Numbered from the stretch's first letter, positions 20,253 through 32,701 are shown. The stretch: 64,000 nucleotides of DNA from an uncultured delta proteobacterium (GCA_963817385.1 CAWFOM010000001.1:32001-96000), one strand, 5' to 3'. Numbers and translations are program-made. Notes: generated by a model from the letters alone, not told the origin.

Positions 20253-20909
20253 ATGCGATATGTGGATGCAACAACGAAGCGGCTTCTCACCGCCGGTGCG
20301 GTCCGGATCAACCTTTTCGAGCGAGCTGCCAGGGGGTTTGATGTCACGGTGGCCGGGACCGTACTACTCCTCTTTCTGCTCGTTGTTTCGGGACCGACGC
20401 CCCCTGTCTCCGCGGCCGACCCCCCGTTGCCGGCCTTCGGCGAGGGCGCCGTCGAGGTTCGTGTCTACACCGACTATTTCTGCGGACCCTGCCGCGCCGA
20501 GGAGCAGGAGGTGATGGCGGCCATCACGGAACTGGTGGCGAAGAACCGTATCCGCGTCATCTTCATCGACACGCCGCTTCACCCGGAGACGGTCCTCTAC
20601 GCCGGTTATTTTCTGGCTGCGGTTAATGCGAAGCGGGAGTTCGGCCAGGCGGTCAAAGCCCGGACCGTCCTTTTCGAGGCGGCGGGGCTGCAGATCAGGG
20701 GGAAAGACGAGCTGGAGAGCTTCCTCATAAAGAAAGGCCTGGAGATCCGGCTGCTCGACACCGCGCCCGTCTTTGCGATATTCAGCAAATACATCAAGGA
20801 AGACCGGATCAACGCAACGCCCACCGTTGTCATCGTGGGCCCCCAAGGGAAGCAAATCCCGGGCAACAAGGAGCAGATCCTCAAGGCGCTCCGCGGCCTC
20901 CGGAAATAA
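20253..20909 (+). CDS. Exported thioredoxin-fold (DsbA-like) protein
   Basis: TDYFCGPC, ATPT; start uncertain. Confidence 0.7.
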   Translation: MRYVDATTKRLLTAGAVRINLFERAARGFDVTVAGTVLLLFLLVVSGPTPPVSAADPPLPAFGEGAVEVRVYTDYFCGPCRAEEQEVMAAITELVAKNRIRVIFIDTPLHPETVLYAGYFLAAVNAKREFGQAVKARTVLFEAAGLQIRGKDELESFLIKKGLEIRLLDTAPVFAIFSKYIKEDRINATPTVVIVGPQGKQIPGNKEQILKALRGLRK

Positions 20910-20985
20910 GAAAGAAGGTTCGCCGCAGGAATCGCTAAAACCGACGCTCCGGGGCGGCTTCATCAGCCAGCCCGGCCCTGCTCCG

Positions 20986-22204
20986 TTTTAAAATAAAATT
21001 ATTAAATTTTAAAATTATTATTAAAATAATTTATTATAATTAAAAATTTTAAATTTTATAATTTTTATTTAAAATTATTTTATAAATTTATTTATTAAAT
21101 AAATTTATAATTTTTTTTTTAAATAATTAATATATTTATAATATTTTTATATTTAATTATTTTATAATAAAATAAAATTAATTTTTATTAAAAATAATTA
21201 ATATTAAATATAATATAATAAAATTTAATATAATATAAATTATAATTTAATTAAATATTAAATAATAAAATAAATTATTTTTATAATAAATATAATTTTA
21301 AATTTTATTAAATAAAAATATAAATATTATTAATATAATTGTTTAATGTATTTACTTCAGCAAGATCAGTAAGGCGCCGAAGTAAATAAAATTTTTAAAA
21401 ATAAAATTTTTTATTAAATTATTATATATTTTTTATATTATATATATTAAAATATTTTATAATTAAAAATTAAATAATTTTTTTTAATAAATATAAATTA
21501 TTATAAAAATTATTTAAATAAATTTTTAAAATTTAAATAATAATTATATTTTAAAATTTTATAATAATTATATTATAAATTTTAAAAATAATTTAAAAAT
21601 TAAATTTAAAAAAAATTTTTTATAAAATTTTTTTTATTTTAATAAAATTATATTTTATAAATATGTTTTATAAATTATTATAAAAATAGAATAATAATTA
21701 TAAGATGTATTTAATTTGAAATTTAAAATAACAGATAATTGAAGAGATTTTTAAGAATTATAAAATTTATATGAATTTTAAAATATATTTGTTAAATATG
21801 AAAAAAATAAAAAATTAAAATTATTATAAGTTAATTATGTTAAGAAGTGTATGAGTATGTAATTTTAGATAATAGTAAGAAAAATTGAGATGTATTTAAT
21901 AATGTGTAAATTGTTTGTTTCAATTATATTTAAAAAAAAATTGAATGATAAATATATGATAAAAGAGTGGTGTGAGAAGTGAAGAATTAAAGTTATTTTT
22001 ATATAAAAAAAAATATGGATATGTAAAGAATTATTATTATTTTAAGAATGATGAAAATATTGAAATTATGATGGTATACTCCAATGATATATATAACATT
22101 TTTTGTTTCGAAGCCGCTAATTAGATGTGTGAAGTATTTGAAAATTGTAATAAAAAAATATTATTATATTATAAATAAGTAAAAAAATTTTAAAAATTTT
22201 TAAT
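20986..22204. other. Extreme AT tract: two A/T-only blocks, a central GC hairpin island and a C-depleted block
   Basis: No G or C at 20986-21340 or 21383-21664. Hand count for 21665-22204 gives about 69 G and 10 C. Boundaries with GC-rich DNA are abrupt. Confidence 0.95.
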
Positions 22205-22213
22205 GCCTTTAGG

Positions 22214-23790
22214 TCAGACAATCACCGGTCCGTCATAGCGCTCCGCCAACGTCTCCTCGATGCCTTCCCGGTCCTGCTTCATCGCATAGGGGAGATAGTT
22301 GAGGATATCCTGGGCCGTGATCCCGTCCTCCCCCTTGTCCGCCGCGGCGAGATCCCCGGAGAGTCCGTGGATGAACACCCCCTTGCGCACCGCCTCCTCC
22401 AGGGGGAGCCCGAGGCCGAACATGGCCGCGATCGTCCCGGTCAGGACATCCCCCGATCCCGCCGTCGCCATCCCTGCGTTCCCGCTCAGGTTGATGAAGA
22501 CCCGGCGCTCCGGCGTCCCGATCAGGGAGCGGGCGCCTTTCAGGACGATCAACGCCCCGAGATCCGCGGCCGTCTCCTGGAGGATCGGAATCCTCCTCTT
22601 TTCGCCTTCGGCAACCGGCTTTCCGGTGAGCCGCGACATCTCACCCGGATGGGGGGTCAGGACCGTCGGCGCAGCGCGGCCCCGGATGATCTCCGGGTTG
22701 CCCGCCAGGGCGGTGATCCCGTCGCCGTCGATGAGAAGCGGCTTATCGATTCCGGCGGCGAGCTCCCGAACCAGCCCCTGCGTCTCGTCGGCGAGGGAGA
22801 GGCCGGGGCCGATGACGACCATGTCCACCCGTCCGGCCAGCGCAAGGAGGGCGTCTTTGTTCTTCAGGGAGAGGCTTCCCTCCGTGGTTTCCGCCTGGGG
22901 GACGAAGACGATCTCGCTCCCCCGCGTGGCGAGGAAGGGGGTCATCGACCAGGGGGCGGCGAGGCGGGCATACCCCCCGCCCGCCTTCAGAAACGACATG
23001 GCGGAAAAGTACGGGGCGCCGAAATAGCTCGCGGCGCCGGCGATGAACAGGACGTCCCCCACCGACCCCTTGTGGATCGTCCGCCCGCGCTCGGGAAGCT
23101 CTATGAAGCCGTTGATTTCGATCTGTGATCGCCTCGTCGTCGCAGAGCGACGGGGGGAAGGAGATGCGGCAGAGATGGAGCGTCCCGCAGAGGCCGCAGC
23201 CCGGATAGAGCATGTTCCCGATCTTCGGGAGGCCGAAGGTCACCGTATGGTCCGCCCGGACCGCCGTTCCCATCACCTCCCCCGTGTCGCCGTTCACCCC
23301 GGAGGGGATGTCCAGGCTGAGGACCGGCTTGCCGCTCATGTTGATCAGTTCGATCACCTCCCGGTAAATGCCGCTTACCTCGCGGTCCAGGCCCGTCCCG
23401 AAGAGGGCGTCGACGATCCCGTCGCTGTGAACAACCGCCGGCCGGACCGCCGCGATCTCCTTGACCCGCTTCACCTCGATGGGAAGCCGCGCGACGATCT
23501 CCATGTTGGTTTTTGCCGCCCCCCCAAAGCGCTCGGGGTCGCCGACAAGGAAGACCCGGGGGGTGCCGCCGCCGGAGAGGATGTGCCGCGCCACGACGAG
23601 ACCGTCGCCGCCGTTGTTCCCGATCCCGCAGAAAATACAAAAGCGCCGCCCGGCGACGCCCAACGTCTCGGGAGAGGATCTGAAACGACGCCCGTCCGGC
23701 GTTCTCCATGAGGATCTCCTCGGATATCCCCAGGTTTTCGACGGCATGCCGGTCCATCCCCCGCATCTGCTCAACACTGCTGACCTTCAT
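22214..23790 (-). CDS. nnr: Bifunctional NAD(P)H-hydrate epimerase/dehydratase (frameshifted)
   Basis: LMENAG, GNNGGDG, DALFGTG, DIPSG, GPGL, TPHPGE, AGSGDVL, spread across 3 frames. Confidence 0.9.
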
Positions 23791-23926
23791 CTTCTCCCCC
23801 TTGTCATTTGAGCCAGTCGGCCATCTGCGTCCATTCCCCGGAATTGCTAAGTCCGTTCTTCTCGACTGATGTCTCCCCGCTTGATTATAGGTCAAATACA
23901 AAACGTTGAACTCCGGAACGGATATA

Positions 23927-26026
23927 TCATCGCTTCATTTCCGCACCGAGGAGCGCCGCCAGCGCCTTCGGATCGGTAACCGGCTGCCGGCAGGAGAAGC
24001 CGGCGCAGACATAGGCGGCGGCCCGGCCCTCGATGGCCCGCATCTCCTTCGTGAACGGGGCGATCGCCGCAATCGCCGGGGCGTCCTCCCCCTCGGGACG
24101 CATGAGCAGCGTCAGATTGGGCAGATAGCGCCGTCGGATAACCGCGAGTAGCGCGGAGGTGTCCTCCCCTCCGCGCAGACCGGCGATCACCACCTCGCGG
24201 GAGGGCGCCGTGAGAAGCTCCAGGGCGATCATCCACTGCGCATGGGCGGAGGGGATATGCTGAAGGGACCCGGCAAAGGCGCGGCCGAGCGCCGCAGCCT
24301 CCGCTTCCCGGCGGTGGTCCCCGGTCATCCTCCCGAGACGGACCAGATTCATCAGGGTCACGGCGTTCCCCGACGGGACGGCCCCGTCGTGCCCCTCCTT
24401 AGGCCGAAAGAGGAGCGTCTCCCCGTCGTCCGGGGTGGAGAAGTACCCCCCGTCGAGATCGCGGAAGTGCCCGTCGATGATCCCCTGAAGGGCAAGCGCC
24501 TCGCGTAGATCCCCGGCGGCGAAGCCTGCCTCGTACGATTCGATCAGTCCCCAGATGAGAAAGGCATAATCGTCGAGATTCGCCGTCACGGCCGCCTCCC
24601 CCTTGCAGAACCGGTGGAGAAGCCGTCCGTCGGCCGTTTTCATCCGCGCAAAGATAAACTCGATCGCCGCCCGGGCCGCATCGAGATACTGAGGTTCGTT
24701 CAGAACACGGGCCGCCCGGGCCAATGCCGCGATCATGAGGCCGTTCCAGTCGGCCAGGATCTTGTCGTCGCGCTCCGGGCGGACGCGCTTTTCCCGAACC
24801 GCGAGCAGTCGGAGGCGGACCGCATCCAGGCGCTCGAGAAATTGCGCTTCCGTCATCCCGAGCCCCTTGGCGATCTCCGCCGGTGACCCGGGAGCGTGGA
24901 GGATATTCGCCCTTGATCCTTCCCCCGTCACCGGATCGATGAAATTGCCCTCCTCGGCAAGCGCGAAGGCGGCGGCCGCCAGGCGCATCTCTTCCGGATC
25001 GAGGAGCCGGCGGAGATCGTCCATCCGCCACAGGTAGAAGCGTCCCTCTTCCCCCTCGCTGTCGGCATCCTCCGCGGCATAAAACCCTCCCTCCGGCGCC
25101 AAAAGGTCGCGCAGGCAATAATCGAGGATCTCCCGCACCGTCCGGCCGTGGGCCTCATCGCCGGTCGCCTGATACGCCTCCGTGTAGGCGAGCGCGAGGA
25201 GCGCCTGATCGTAAAGCATTTTCTCAAAGTGGGGAACAAGCCATTGCCGGTCGGTGCTGTAGCGATGGAAGCCGTGCCCCAGTTGATCGTACACTCCCCC
25301 CTGACGCATCGCGGAGAGGGTCTTCAGAGCCATCCGGAGCGCATCCTCTTCGCCGGTCCGCTGCCAGTACCTAAGCAGGAAGACGATCTGATGCGGCATC
25401 GGAAACTTCGGCGCGTCGCCGAATCCGCCGTATGCATTGTCATACCGCCCGCCGAGTTCGAGAACGGCCCGGGCAAGGAGCTCTTCGGCATCAAGATCGC
25501 CCTGCTCCATCCGGGGTTGCATCAGGAGGTTAACCGTCTCCGCCGCGGCCTTCTCCACCTCGCCGCGCCGGGTCTCCCAGATGGTTCTGAGCCGGGGGAT
25601 CAGCTCGACGAGCCCCGGCCGCCCCCACTTGCTTTCTTTCGGAATATACGTGGCCGCGTAGAAGGGGCGCCGGTCGGGCGTCATGACGATGGTGAGCGGC
25701 CAGCCGCCGCTCCCGGTCATCATCTGACAGACGCTCATATAGATCCCGTCGATGTCCGGCCGCTCCTCGCGGTCCACCTTGACGCAGACGAAGGCCTCAT
25801 TGAGAAGGGCGGCCACGGTTTCGTCCTCGAAGGACTCGTGGGCCATGACGTGGCACCAATGGCACGTGGAGTATCCGACGGAGAGAAAGACCGGCCTGTC
25901 TTCCTTTTGCGCCCGGTCAAAGGCCTCCTCTCCCCAGGGATACCAGTCCACGGGGTTACCGGCATGCTGGAGGAGGTAGGGACTCTTCTCATGGGCAAGA
26001 CGGTTGGGGGGTCGGGAGTTCATCAT
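23927..26026 (-). CDS. Thioredoxin domain-containing protein DUF255 (YyaL/SPATA20)
   Basis: [33 protein letters not shown]. Confidence 0.92.
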   Translation of the reverse strand: MMNSRPPNRLAHEKSPYLLQHAGNPVDWYPWGEEAFDRAQKEDRPVFLSVGYSTCHWCHVMAHESFEDETVAALLNEAFVCVKVDREERPDIDGIYMSVCQMMTGSGGWPLTIVMTPDRRPFYAATYIPKESKWGRPGLVELIPRLRTIWETRRGEVEKAAAETVNLLMQPRMEQGDLDAEELLARAVLELGGRYDNAYGGFGDAPKFPMPHQIVFLLRYWQRTGEEDALRMALKTLSAMRQGGVYDQLGHGFHRYSTDRQWLVPHFEKMLYDQALLALAYTEAYQATGDEAHGRTVREILDYCLRDLLAPEGGFYAAEDADSEGEEGRFYLWRMDDLRRLLDPEEMRLAAAAFALAEEGNFIDPVTGEGSRANILHAPGSPAEIAKGLGMTEAQFLERLDAVRLRLLAVREKRVRPERDDKILADWNGLMIAALARAARVLNEPQYLDAARAAIEFIFARMKTADGRLLHRFCKGEAAVTANLDDYAFLIWGLIESYEAGFAAGDLREALALQGIIDGHFRDLDGGYFSTPDDGETLLFRPKEGHDGAVPSGNAVTLMNLVRLGRMTGDHRREAEAAALGRAFAGSLQHIPSAHAQWMIALELLTAPSREVVIAGLRGGEDTSALLAVIRRRYLPNLTLLMRPEGEDAPAIAAIAPFTKEMRAIEGRAAAYVCAGFSCRQPVTDPKALAALLGAEMKR

Positions 26027-26039
26027 ATCGTGCCGCCTC

Positions 26040-27738
26040 CTACAAGGCCGCTGCAAGACCCATAATGGCGCCGGACGGATCGCCGTGCAGGTGGAAGCGG
26101 ATCACGCGGCGGCCCGCGTTGACGAGGGCCTGCCGGTCGCCGAAGGCCTGCGCCGCCTTGAGGACGCCGAAGGTGAGCGCCGAGGCCGGAAGTCCAAGCT
26201 CATCGGGAATCGGCGCATCCCGGGGATCGTCCGCCGTCAGTTGGATGAAGAGGCCGCGGCCCGCGTCCCCCTTGTGGAGCTGGCCCGTCGAGTGGAGGAA
26301 CCGCGGCCCGTAGCCGACGGTCACGGCGATGCGGAACGCATCCCGGAGGCGCAGCCGGAGCCGTTCCAGCGCCGCGCCGGTTTCGGCGCAGGGTCGCAGA
26401 TAGGCCTGGATCGCCGCATAGGCGTCCGGCCCGGCTTGTCCCAGAAACGTGGCGAGCGCCGCCGCCGGAGTATCGGACGCGACATCGCCGTAGACGGAGA
26501 TGCCCGGCGTCTTCAGGACCGGCGCCTCCGGCGGCATCGCCCCTTTTTCCCGGTATTCGGCAATCATCTTCCGGGCAAGGATCTTGGCCGCCTCGACATC
26601 CGGCTGATCGAAGGGATTGATCGCCAGCCGCCAGCCCGCCACCACCGTGGCGATCTCCCAGAGGAAGCACTGCCCGCCCAGATCGCGGCGATCCGCCATC
26701 CACAGATCGATGACGGGATGGCCGGCTTCGGCGAGCGCCTGCAACTGCTCTTCGCCGGTCCGGTCCTCCCCGACCCGAAGCGCAACGAAGAGGCGGTCGC
26801 CGCCGTACGCCTCCGGCGGACCGAGGGGCTCACCCACAACCGGCAGGATGCCCTTCCCCTCTTTCCCCGTGCTCTCCGCGATGAGCTGTTCAATCCAGTC
26901 GCCGAAGGCCGCAATCTCCGGGGAAAAGACGAACGTGAGCTTGTCCCGGCCCCGTTTCGCCATTGCTCCCAGAAGGGCCCCGAGGAGGGCCCCGTCCGCC
27001 CCCTCGCGAGTGTCTCCCCGCGCAAACTCCCGCTCGGCTTCGACCGCGGCCCGTTCCAGGAAGCCCTTCACCTCCATCCCGATCAGGGCCGCCGGGACCA
27101 GACCGAAGAACGAGAGGGCCGAATAGCGCCCGCCGATCTCCGGGTCGTTCAGGAAGGTGTGACGGAAGCGGTGGGCGGCGGCGATCTCGGCCAGGGCGCT
27201 TCCGGGGTCGGTGATGGCGATGAAATGCCTCCCCGCTTCTTCCGCCCCGAGTCGCTTCAAAATGAGGTTGTAGAAGTACTTGAGCAAGTGAGAAGGTTTC
27301 CACCGTACCGCCGGATTTTGTCGAGACGATGAAAAGCGTCCGCTCTATATCGAGGCGCTCGGCCCAATCGAGGACGGCCCCCGGGTCCGTACTGTCGAGG
27401 ACGGCGAGATCGAGGAAACCCTCCGCCGTTCCGAAGATCCGCCGGAAGACCTCCGGGGCGAGGCTGGAACCCCCCATCCCCAAGAGGAGGGCGAACGCGA
27501 AGCCGTCGGCCCGGACGCCGTCGACGACCTTCCCGATCTCGGAGAGGCGCCCCATCATTCCCCGCGGGCTGTCGAGCCAGCCGAGGCGGTTCGCGATTTC
27601 TTCCGGCGCCGGCTTCCAGACGGTGTAGTCCTTCCGCCGGATCCGCTCGACGATCCGGTTCTCGCGTAAGGCCCGGAGGGCCTCATCCGCGGCCGCCCGG
27701 AAGGATTCCGGACGGAGCGCCATCTTCTGTGTCGCCAT
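26040..27738 (-). CDS. pgi: Glucose-6-phosphate isomerase (Tal/Pgi C-domain type), frameshift near 27290
   Basis: [49 protein letters not shown]. Confidence 0.85.
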
Positions 27739-27776
27739 GGCCGTATCTCCTCGCCTATCCGTTCCCATGGTGATGC

Positions 27777-27866
27777 CTTCCTCCCCTCGATCCCCTCCCG
27801 CCAGGGGAGGGGAGGACAACTCCGGTTAATCTCCTCGCCTCGACGGGGGCGGGTTAGGGTGAGGGC
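27777..27866. repeat. REP-like paired GC-rich hairpins
   Basis: CCCCTCCCGCCAGGGGAGGGG and CTCGCCTCGACGGGGGCGGG..GGGTGAGG; same style as the 13091 palindrome. Confidence 0.55.
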
Positions 27867-27910
27867 GGAGAGGAAACTCCGGATGTCTAATGGTCGCGGC
27901 CCGACCGGCT

Positions 27911-29968
27911 TTACCGGCCAAGGAGGCGCCGCGCCGCCGCCGCGACCGCCTCGGCGGTAATCCCGAACTTCTCGTAGATCACCTTGTAGGGAGCGCTGGC
28001 GCCGAACCGGTCGATCCCCACAACGGCCCCATCAAGGCCGACGTAATGCTCCCATCCCAAGGAAACCCCTGCCTCGACAGCCACCCGCGCCCGAACAGCG
28101 GGGGGAAGGACCGCGTCCCGGTATTCCTGCGGTTCGCAGTCGAAGAGCTCCCAGCTCGGGAGCGAGACGACGCGGACGCGGATGCCCTTCGCGGCAAGCG
28201 CTTTTCCCGCATCGAGGGCGATTGCCACCTCCGAACCCGTCCCGATGAGGATTGTCTCCGGCACCCCCTGTTTCGACTCCCAGAGGACGTACCCCCCCCT
28301 CCGCAGGCCGGCCGCCGGATTCACCGCGGCCCGGTCCGGGGTGGGCAGGTTCTGGCGCGTGAAGACAAGGGCCGTGGGGCCGGAGGTGTTTTCGAGAGCG
28401 GCGCGCCACGCCTCCACCGTTTCGTTGGCGTCGGCCGGGCGGATCACCGTCAGGTTGGGGACCGCCCGCAGGTTCATCAACTGCTCGACGGGCTGGTGGG
28501 TCGGGCCGTCCTCGCCGAGACCGATGCTGTCGTGGGTGAAGACGTAGATCACCCGAAGCCCCATCAGGGCGGCCAGGCGGATCGCGGGCCGCATGTAGTC
28601 GGAGAAGGTAAAGAAGGTCCCGGTGAAGGGGATAATTCCTCCGTGGAGGGCCAATCCGCCGGCGATCGCCGCCATCGCGTGCTCCCGGACGCCGAAGTGG
28701 ATGTTCCGGCCGCCGTAGCCCCACTCGCCGCCGACGGCCCCCTCGCGGCAGGCAGGCAGATCGCCGGGTTTCTGGAAATCGCCCTGTCCTTTGAGCCAGG
28801 TGAAGGTGGAGGGGTTCAGGTCGGCCGATCCTCCCATCAGCTCCGGGATCGCCGGGGCGACGGCCTGCAGCACCACTTCCGAGATTTTGCGCGTCGCGAT
28901 TTCTTTCGTTCCCGATCCGTAGACGGGAAGTTTCGCCTTCCAGCCGGCGGGGAGTTCGCCCTTCATGATCCGTTTGAATTCGGCGGCCTCCTCCGGAGAC
29001 TCGAGGGCAAAGGCGGCAAAGGTCGCCTCCCACGCCGCTTCGCGGCCGGCGCCGGAGACCATGGCCCCGCGGTACATGGCGAGGGCCTCATCGGGCACGA
29101 AGAAGGGAGTATCCAACGGCCAGCCGAGATTCTCCTTCGCCGCCCGGACTTCATCGGACCCGAGAGGGGCGCCGTGGGCGGCGCTGGTATTCTGCTTTCC
29201 GGGCGCCCCGCAGCCGATGATCGTCCGGAGGCAGATGAGCGAAGGCCGGGTCGTCTCGGCTTTCGCCTCCATGATGGCGCGATCGACCGACGCGACGTGG
29301 TTGCCGTTCGGGACGGTAATCACCTGCCACCCGGCGGCGGTGAACCGGCCGTCGACGTCCTCGGTAAAGGAGAGGGCAGTCGATCCCGAAAGGCAGATCC
29401 CGTTGTCGTCGTACAGGACGATGAGCTTCCCCAGCCCGAGATGGCCGGCCAGGGCGGCGGATTCGGCGGTAACCCCCTCCATAAGATCGCCGTCGCTGGC
29501 AAGGACGTAGGTGAAATGGTCCACGATCCGGAGGTCGTAGAGGTTGTACCGCGCCGCCAGGTGGGCCTCCGCGATCGCCATCCCCACGGCCGCGGCGAAT
29601 CCCTGGCCGAGCGGCCCCGTCGTCATCTCCGTCCCGGGGGGATGGCGAAGCTCCGGATGGCCGGGGGTCCAGCTCCCCCACTGGCGAAAGGAGCGGAGAT
29701 CTTCGATGGAGAGATCATAGCCGGTCAGGTAGAGGAGCGCGTAGAGGAGCATCGATCCGTGCCCGGCGGACAGGACGAAGCGGTCGCGGTCGACCCACCG
29801 GGGATTGGCCGGATTGTGCTTCAGGTGCCCCGTCCAGAGGGTATAGGCCGCCGTCGCCGCCCCCATCGGCATGCCGGGATGGCCCGACTTTGCGTTCTCG
29901 ACGGCGTCCGCCGCCAGAAACCGAATCGCATTGATACACATCTCCTCCACAGTGCCTTGTCCGCCCAT
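27911..29968 (-). CDS. tkt: Transketolase
   Basis: [31 protein letters not shown]. Confidence 0.96.
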   Translation of the reverse strand: MGGQGTVEEMCINAIRFLAADAVENAKSGHPGMPMGAATAAYTLWTGHLKHNPANPRWVDRDRFVLSAGHGSMLLYALLYLTGYDLSIEDLRSFRQWGSWTPGHPELRHPPGTEMTTGPLGQGFAAAVGMAIAEAHLAARYNLYDLRIVDHFTYVLASDGDLMEGVTAESAALAGHLGLGKLIVLYDDNGICLSGSTALSFTEDVDGRFTAAGWQVITVPNGNHVASVDRAIMEAKAETTRPSLICLRTIIGCGAPGKQNTSAAHGAPLGSDEVRAAKENLGWPLDTPFFVPDEALAMYRGAMVSGAGREAAWEATFAAFALESPEEAAEFKRIMKGELPAGWKAKLPVYGSGTKEIATRKISEVVLQAVAPAIPELMGGSADLNPSTFTWLKGQGDFQKPGDLPACREGAVGGEWGYGGRNIHFGVREHAMAAIAGGLALHGGIIPFTGTFFTFSDYMRPAIRLAALMGLRVIYVFTHDSIGLGEDGPTHQPVEQLMNLRAVPNLTVIRPADANETVEAWRAALENTSGPTALVFTRQNLPTPDRAAVNPAAGLRRGGYVLWESKQGVPETILIGTGSEVAIALDAGKALAAKGIRVRVVSLPSWELFDCEPQEYRDAVLPPAVRARVAVEAGVSLGWEHYVGLDGAVVGIDRFGASAPYKVIYEKFGITAEAVAAAARRLLGR

Positions 29969-30235
29969 ATGAAGTCTCCTCTCGTCGTAACGGTTTGCCG
30001 TTGTGTGACGCCGGCGCCGCCCTGAAGATCCCGCGCACCGCTTCCCTTCGGGGAAAAGGCGTTTCGCCGACCTTTTAAGACACCGTTACTGTACAACAAC
30101 ACACCCCGATAGACAAGGAAATTGGCGGACCTTCCCGTTCAGACTTTTCATTGACACTGCAAATCGCATCTTATATATGATACCGACGTTTCCCTGCCGC
30201 TGTGCGGTTCGGCAAATCCACCAAGGTCGCGGTCC

Positions 30236-31533
30236 ATGAACATACTGCTCGTCAACCCTCCCAATGCCGGTCGCAGCATCCCGGAAGAGGAGTACGGGAT
30301 AACCTCCATCAAACAGATATTCCGGGGAGAACCCTTCAGCCTCGAGGTTGTCGCCGCTCCCCTGATCGCCCATGATGTCCTCATCGTGGATCTGAAGTGC
30401 GAAGGCGAAGAGTACCTCTGGCAGCAGTACGATCATTTCGCGCCCCACGTGGTGGGATTCACCGCCGTCACCTGCGAAGCAAATACGGTGCTTCGCCTTT
30501 CCGCGGAAATCAAACGGCGCGGGCAGAGCCGTAGTCGTCGTCGGGGGAAACCATGCAACCCTCGATCCGGCCTTCTTCAACCGGCCGGAAATCGATTACA
30601 TCGTGATCGGCCTCGGCAAGAGGAGCTTCTCGGATCTCGTGGATACGCCTCGCCGAAAACCGATCCGGCGACGGCATCCCCGGCGTTGCCAAGACCGCGC
30701 CCGGAAAGCCGCTCACCTTCACTCCCCGCCTCTACGGGCAGGACGACCTCATGGAGGAGTACCCCCCCCGCTACGACCTCGTGGAGAAATGGAGAGATCA
30801 ACTATGTGATCGAGCGGCTGGGCCTGCGGATGGGCTTCGTGGCCACGGCCGACGGCTGCACCCACCGCTGCTCCTTCTGCGCCATTCCGGAGATGACCGG
30901 GGGGCGCTACCTGACGCACACGGCGGAATCGGTCATCCGGGACAATCGGACTCCTCGGCGACATCCCCTTCATCAGGATGGTCGACGCCAACAGCTTCGG
31001 CGATCCGCGCGCCTCGGAGGAGCTCTGCGACGCGATCATCGCTTCGGGAATCAAGAAGCGGTTCTTCGGGGATATCCGGGCGGATACGATCGTCAGGCAT
31101 CCGTCGCTCCTGAAAAAATGGAAGGAGGCGGGGCTGTACGCCGTCGTTGTCGGCTTCGAGGAGCTGCAACCCGAGCGCCTCAGGACCGTATGACAAGAAG
31201 TACGCTGACGGCGCCATCGAGCAGGCCCTCTCCATCCTTCACGAGACGGGTCTCCTGATCGTCGGGGATTTTATCATCGCCCCCGACTACGGCGAGGAGG
31301 ATTTCCGGGCGGTGGAGGAGTTCATCGGGCAAAGCGGGATCCAGATCCCGGTCCTGTCCGTCCTCACCCCGATCCCGGGGACGCCCCTGTACGAATCCCT
31401 GAAGGACCGGATAACGATCCACGATCTGGACTATTATACGTTTATGAACGCCGTCATCCCGACGAGGATGCCGGAAAAGGCGTTCTACGCCGCTTTTTCG
31501 GATCTCGTCCGGCGGCTTCACAGCAAGGTATAA
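30236..31533 (+). CDS. Cobalamin-dependent radical SAM protein (several frameshifts)
   Basis: MNILLVNPP, VGFTAVT, GCTHRCSFC, VGFE, TPIPGTPLY. Confidence 0.85.
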
Positions 31534-31546
31534 TAAACGGTGAGAA

Positions 31547-32701
31547 ATGGAGAAACGCATGGAGGTATACATCAACGACGTGGCCGCATTCCTGCCCAAC
31601 GACCCCGTCGACAACGACCATATCGAAGAGATCGTGGGACGGATCCACAGCCTGCCCTCCCGGATAAAACGGCGGATTCTGAACAATAACAAGATCGAAC
31701 GGCGTTACTATGCCATCGATCCCGCGACGGGGGCGCTCACCCACACCAACGCGCAACTGACCGCCCTGGCGATCAGGCGGTTGAACCCGTACCCCGGATT
31801 CACGCCGGAGGAGATCCAGTGCCTCTGCTGCGGCACCACCACGGCGGACCTGATCGCCCCCGGCCACGGTCTGATGGTCCACGGCGAGCTCGGGAATCCG
31901 CCCTGCGAAGTCATCTCCACCGCCGGGATCTGCCTCTCGGGGATCGCCGCCCTCAAGTACGCCTATATGAACGTCGCCCTGGGGCTCAGCGACAACGCCG
32001 TCGCCACGGGCTCCGAGCTCGCCTCGTCGCTGATCCGGGCCAATTTCTTCGAGCATCTCAAAGGCGAATCGGAGCGGGAAAACCATCCCACCCTGGCATT
32101 CGAATCCGAGTTCCTGCGCTGGATGATATCCGACGCGGCGGGCGCGGTTTTTCTGTCGCGGCAAGCCAACAGCGGCCGGAAAGCCCTGCGGGTGGACTGG
32201 ATCGAGCATATCTCCTACGCGAGCCGCCTCGAGACGTGCATGTACGCCGGGGGGGTGAAAAACGAGGACGGCTCCGTAACCGGCTGGCGGCAGTTGGACA
32301 GCCAGCAGGAGGCGCTGGACAGGAACTTCCTGTCCCTGAAACAGGACGCGGGGCTTCTGAATCAGGAGATCGTCAGGGTGGCGGTCGACTGGGCCCTGGC
32401 GGCGGTGATCAAGAAGCGGGGGCTGCAGGCGGCGGACGTGGACTGGTTCCTTCCCCACTACTCGTCGGACTTCTTCCGGGAAAAGCTCTCCCAGGCCATG
32501 GAAGCCATCGGTTTCGTGATCCCCTCCGAGCGATGGTTCACGAACCTGACCTGGAAGGGAAACACCGGCTCGGCCTCGATCTTCGTCATCCTGGAGGAGC
32601 TGTTTCACTCGGAGCGCCTGCGGGAGGGGCAGAAACTCCTCTGCTTCATCCCGGAGAGCGGCCGCTTCTCCATCGCCTATATGATGCTGACGGTGGTATG
32701 A
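31547..32701 (+). CDS. darB: Beta-ketoacyl-ACP synthase III, DarB/StlD-like
   Basis: VYIN..FLPN.PV.ND, GICLSG, FLRWMISD, PHYSS, GNTGSAS, PESGRF. Confidence 0.82.
   Translation: MEKRMEVYINDVAAFLPNDPVDNDHIEEIVGRIHSLPSRIKRRILNNNKIERRYYAIDPATGALTHTNAQLTALAIRRLNPYPGFTPEEIQCLCCGTTTADLIAPGHGLMVHGELGNPPCEVISTAGICLSGIAALKYAYMNVALGLSDNAVATGSELASSLIRANFFEHLKGESERENHPTLAFESEFLRWMISDAAGAVFLSRQANSGRKALRVDWIEHISYASRLETCMYAGGVKNEDGSVTGWRQLDSQQEALDRNFLSLKQDAGLLNQEIVRVAVDWALAAVIKKRGLQAADVDWFLPHYSSDFFREKLSQAMEAIGFVIPSERWFTNLTWKGNTGSASIFVILEELFHSERLREGQKLLCFIPESGRFSIAYMMLTVV

Noticed and set aside
20986..22204. AT tract as a replication origin, CRISPR leader/array or microsatellite
   Set aside because: No DnaA boxes, no repeat-spacer periodicity, no cas genes and no tandem unit. 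It is far longer and more extreme than a DNA unwinding element.
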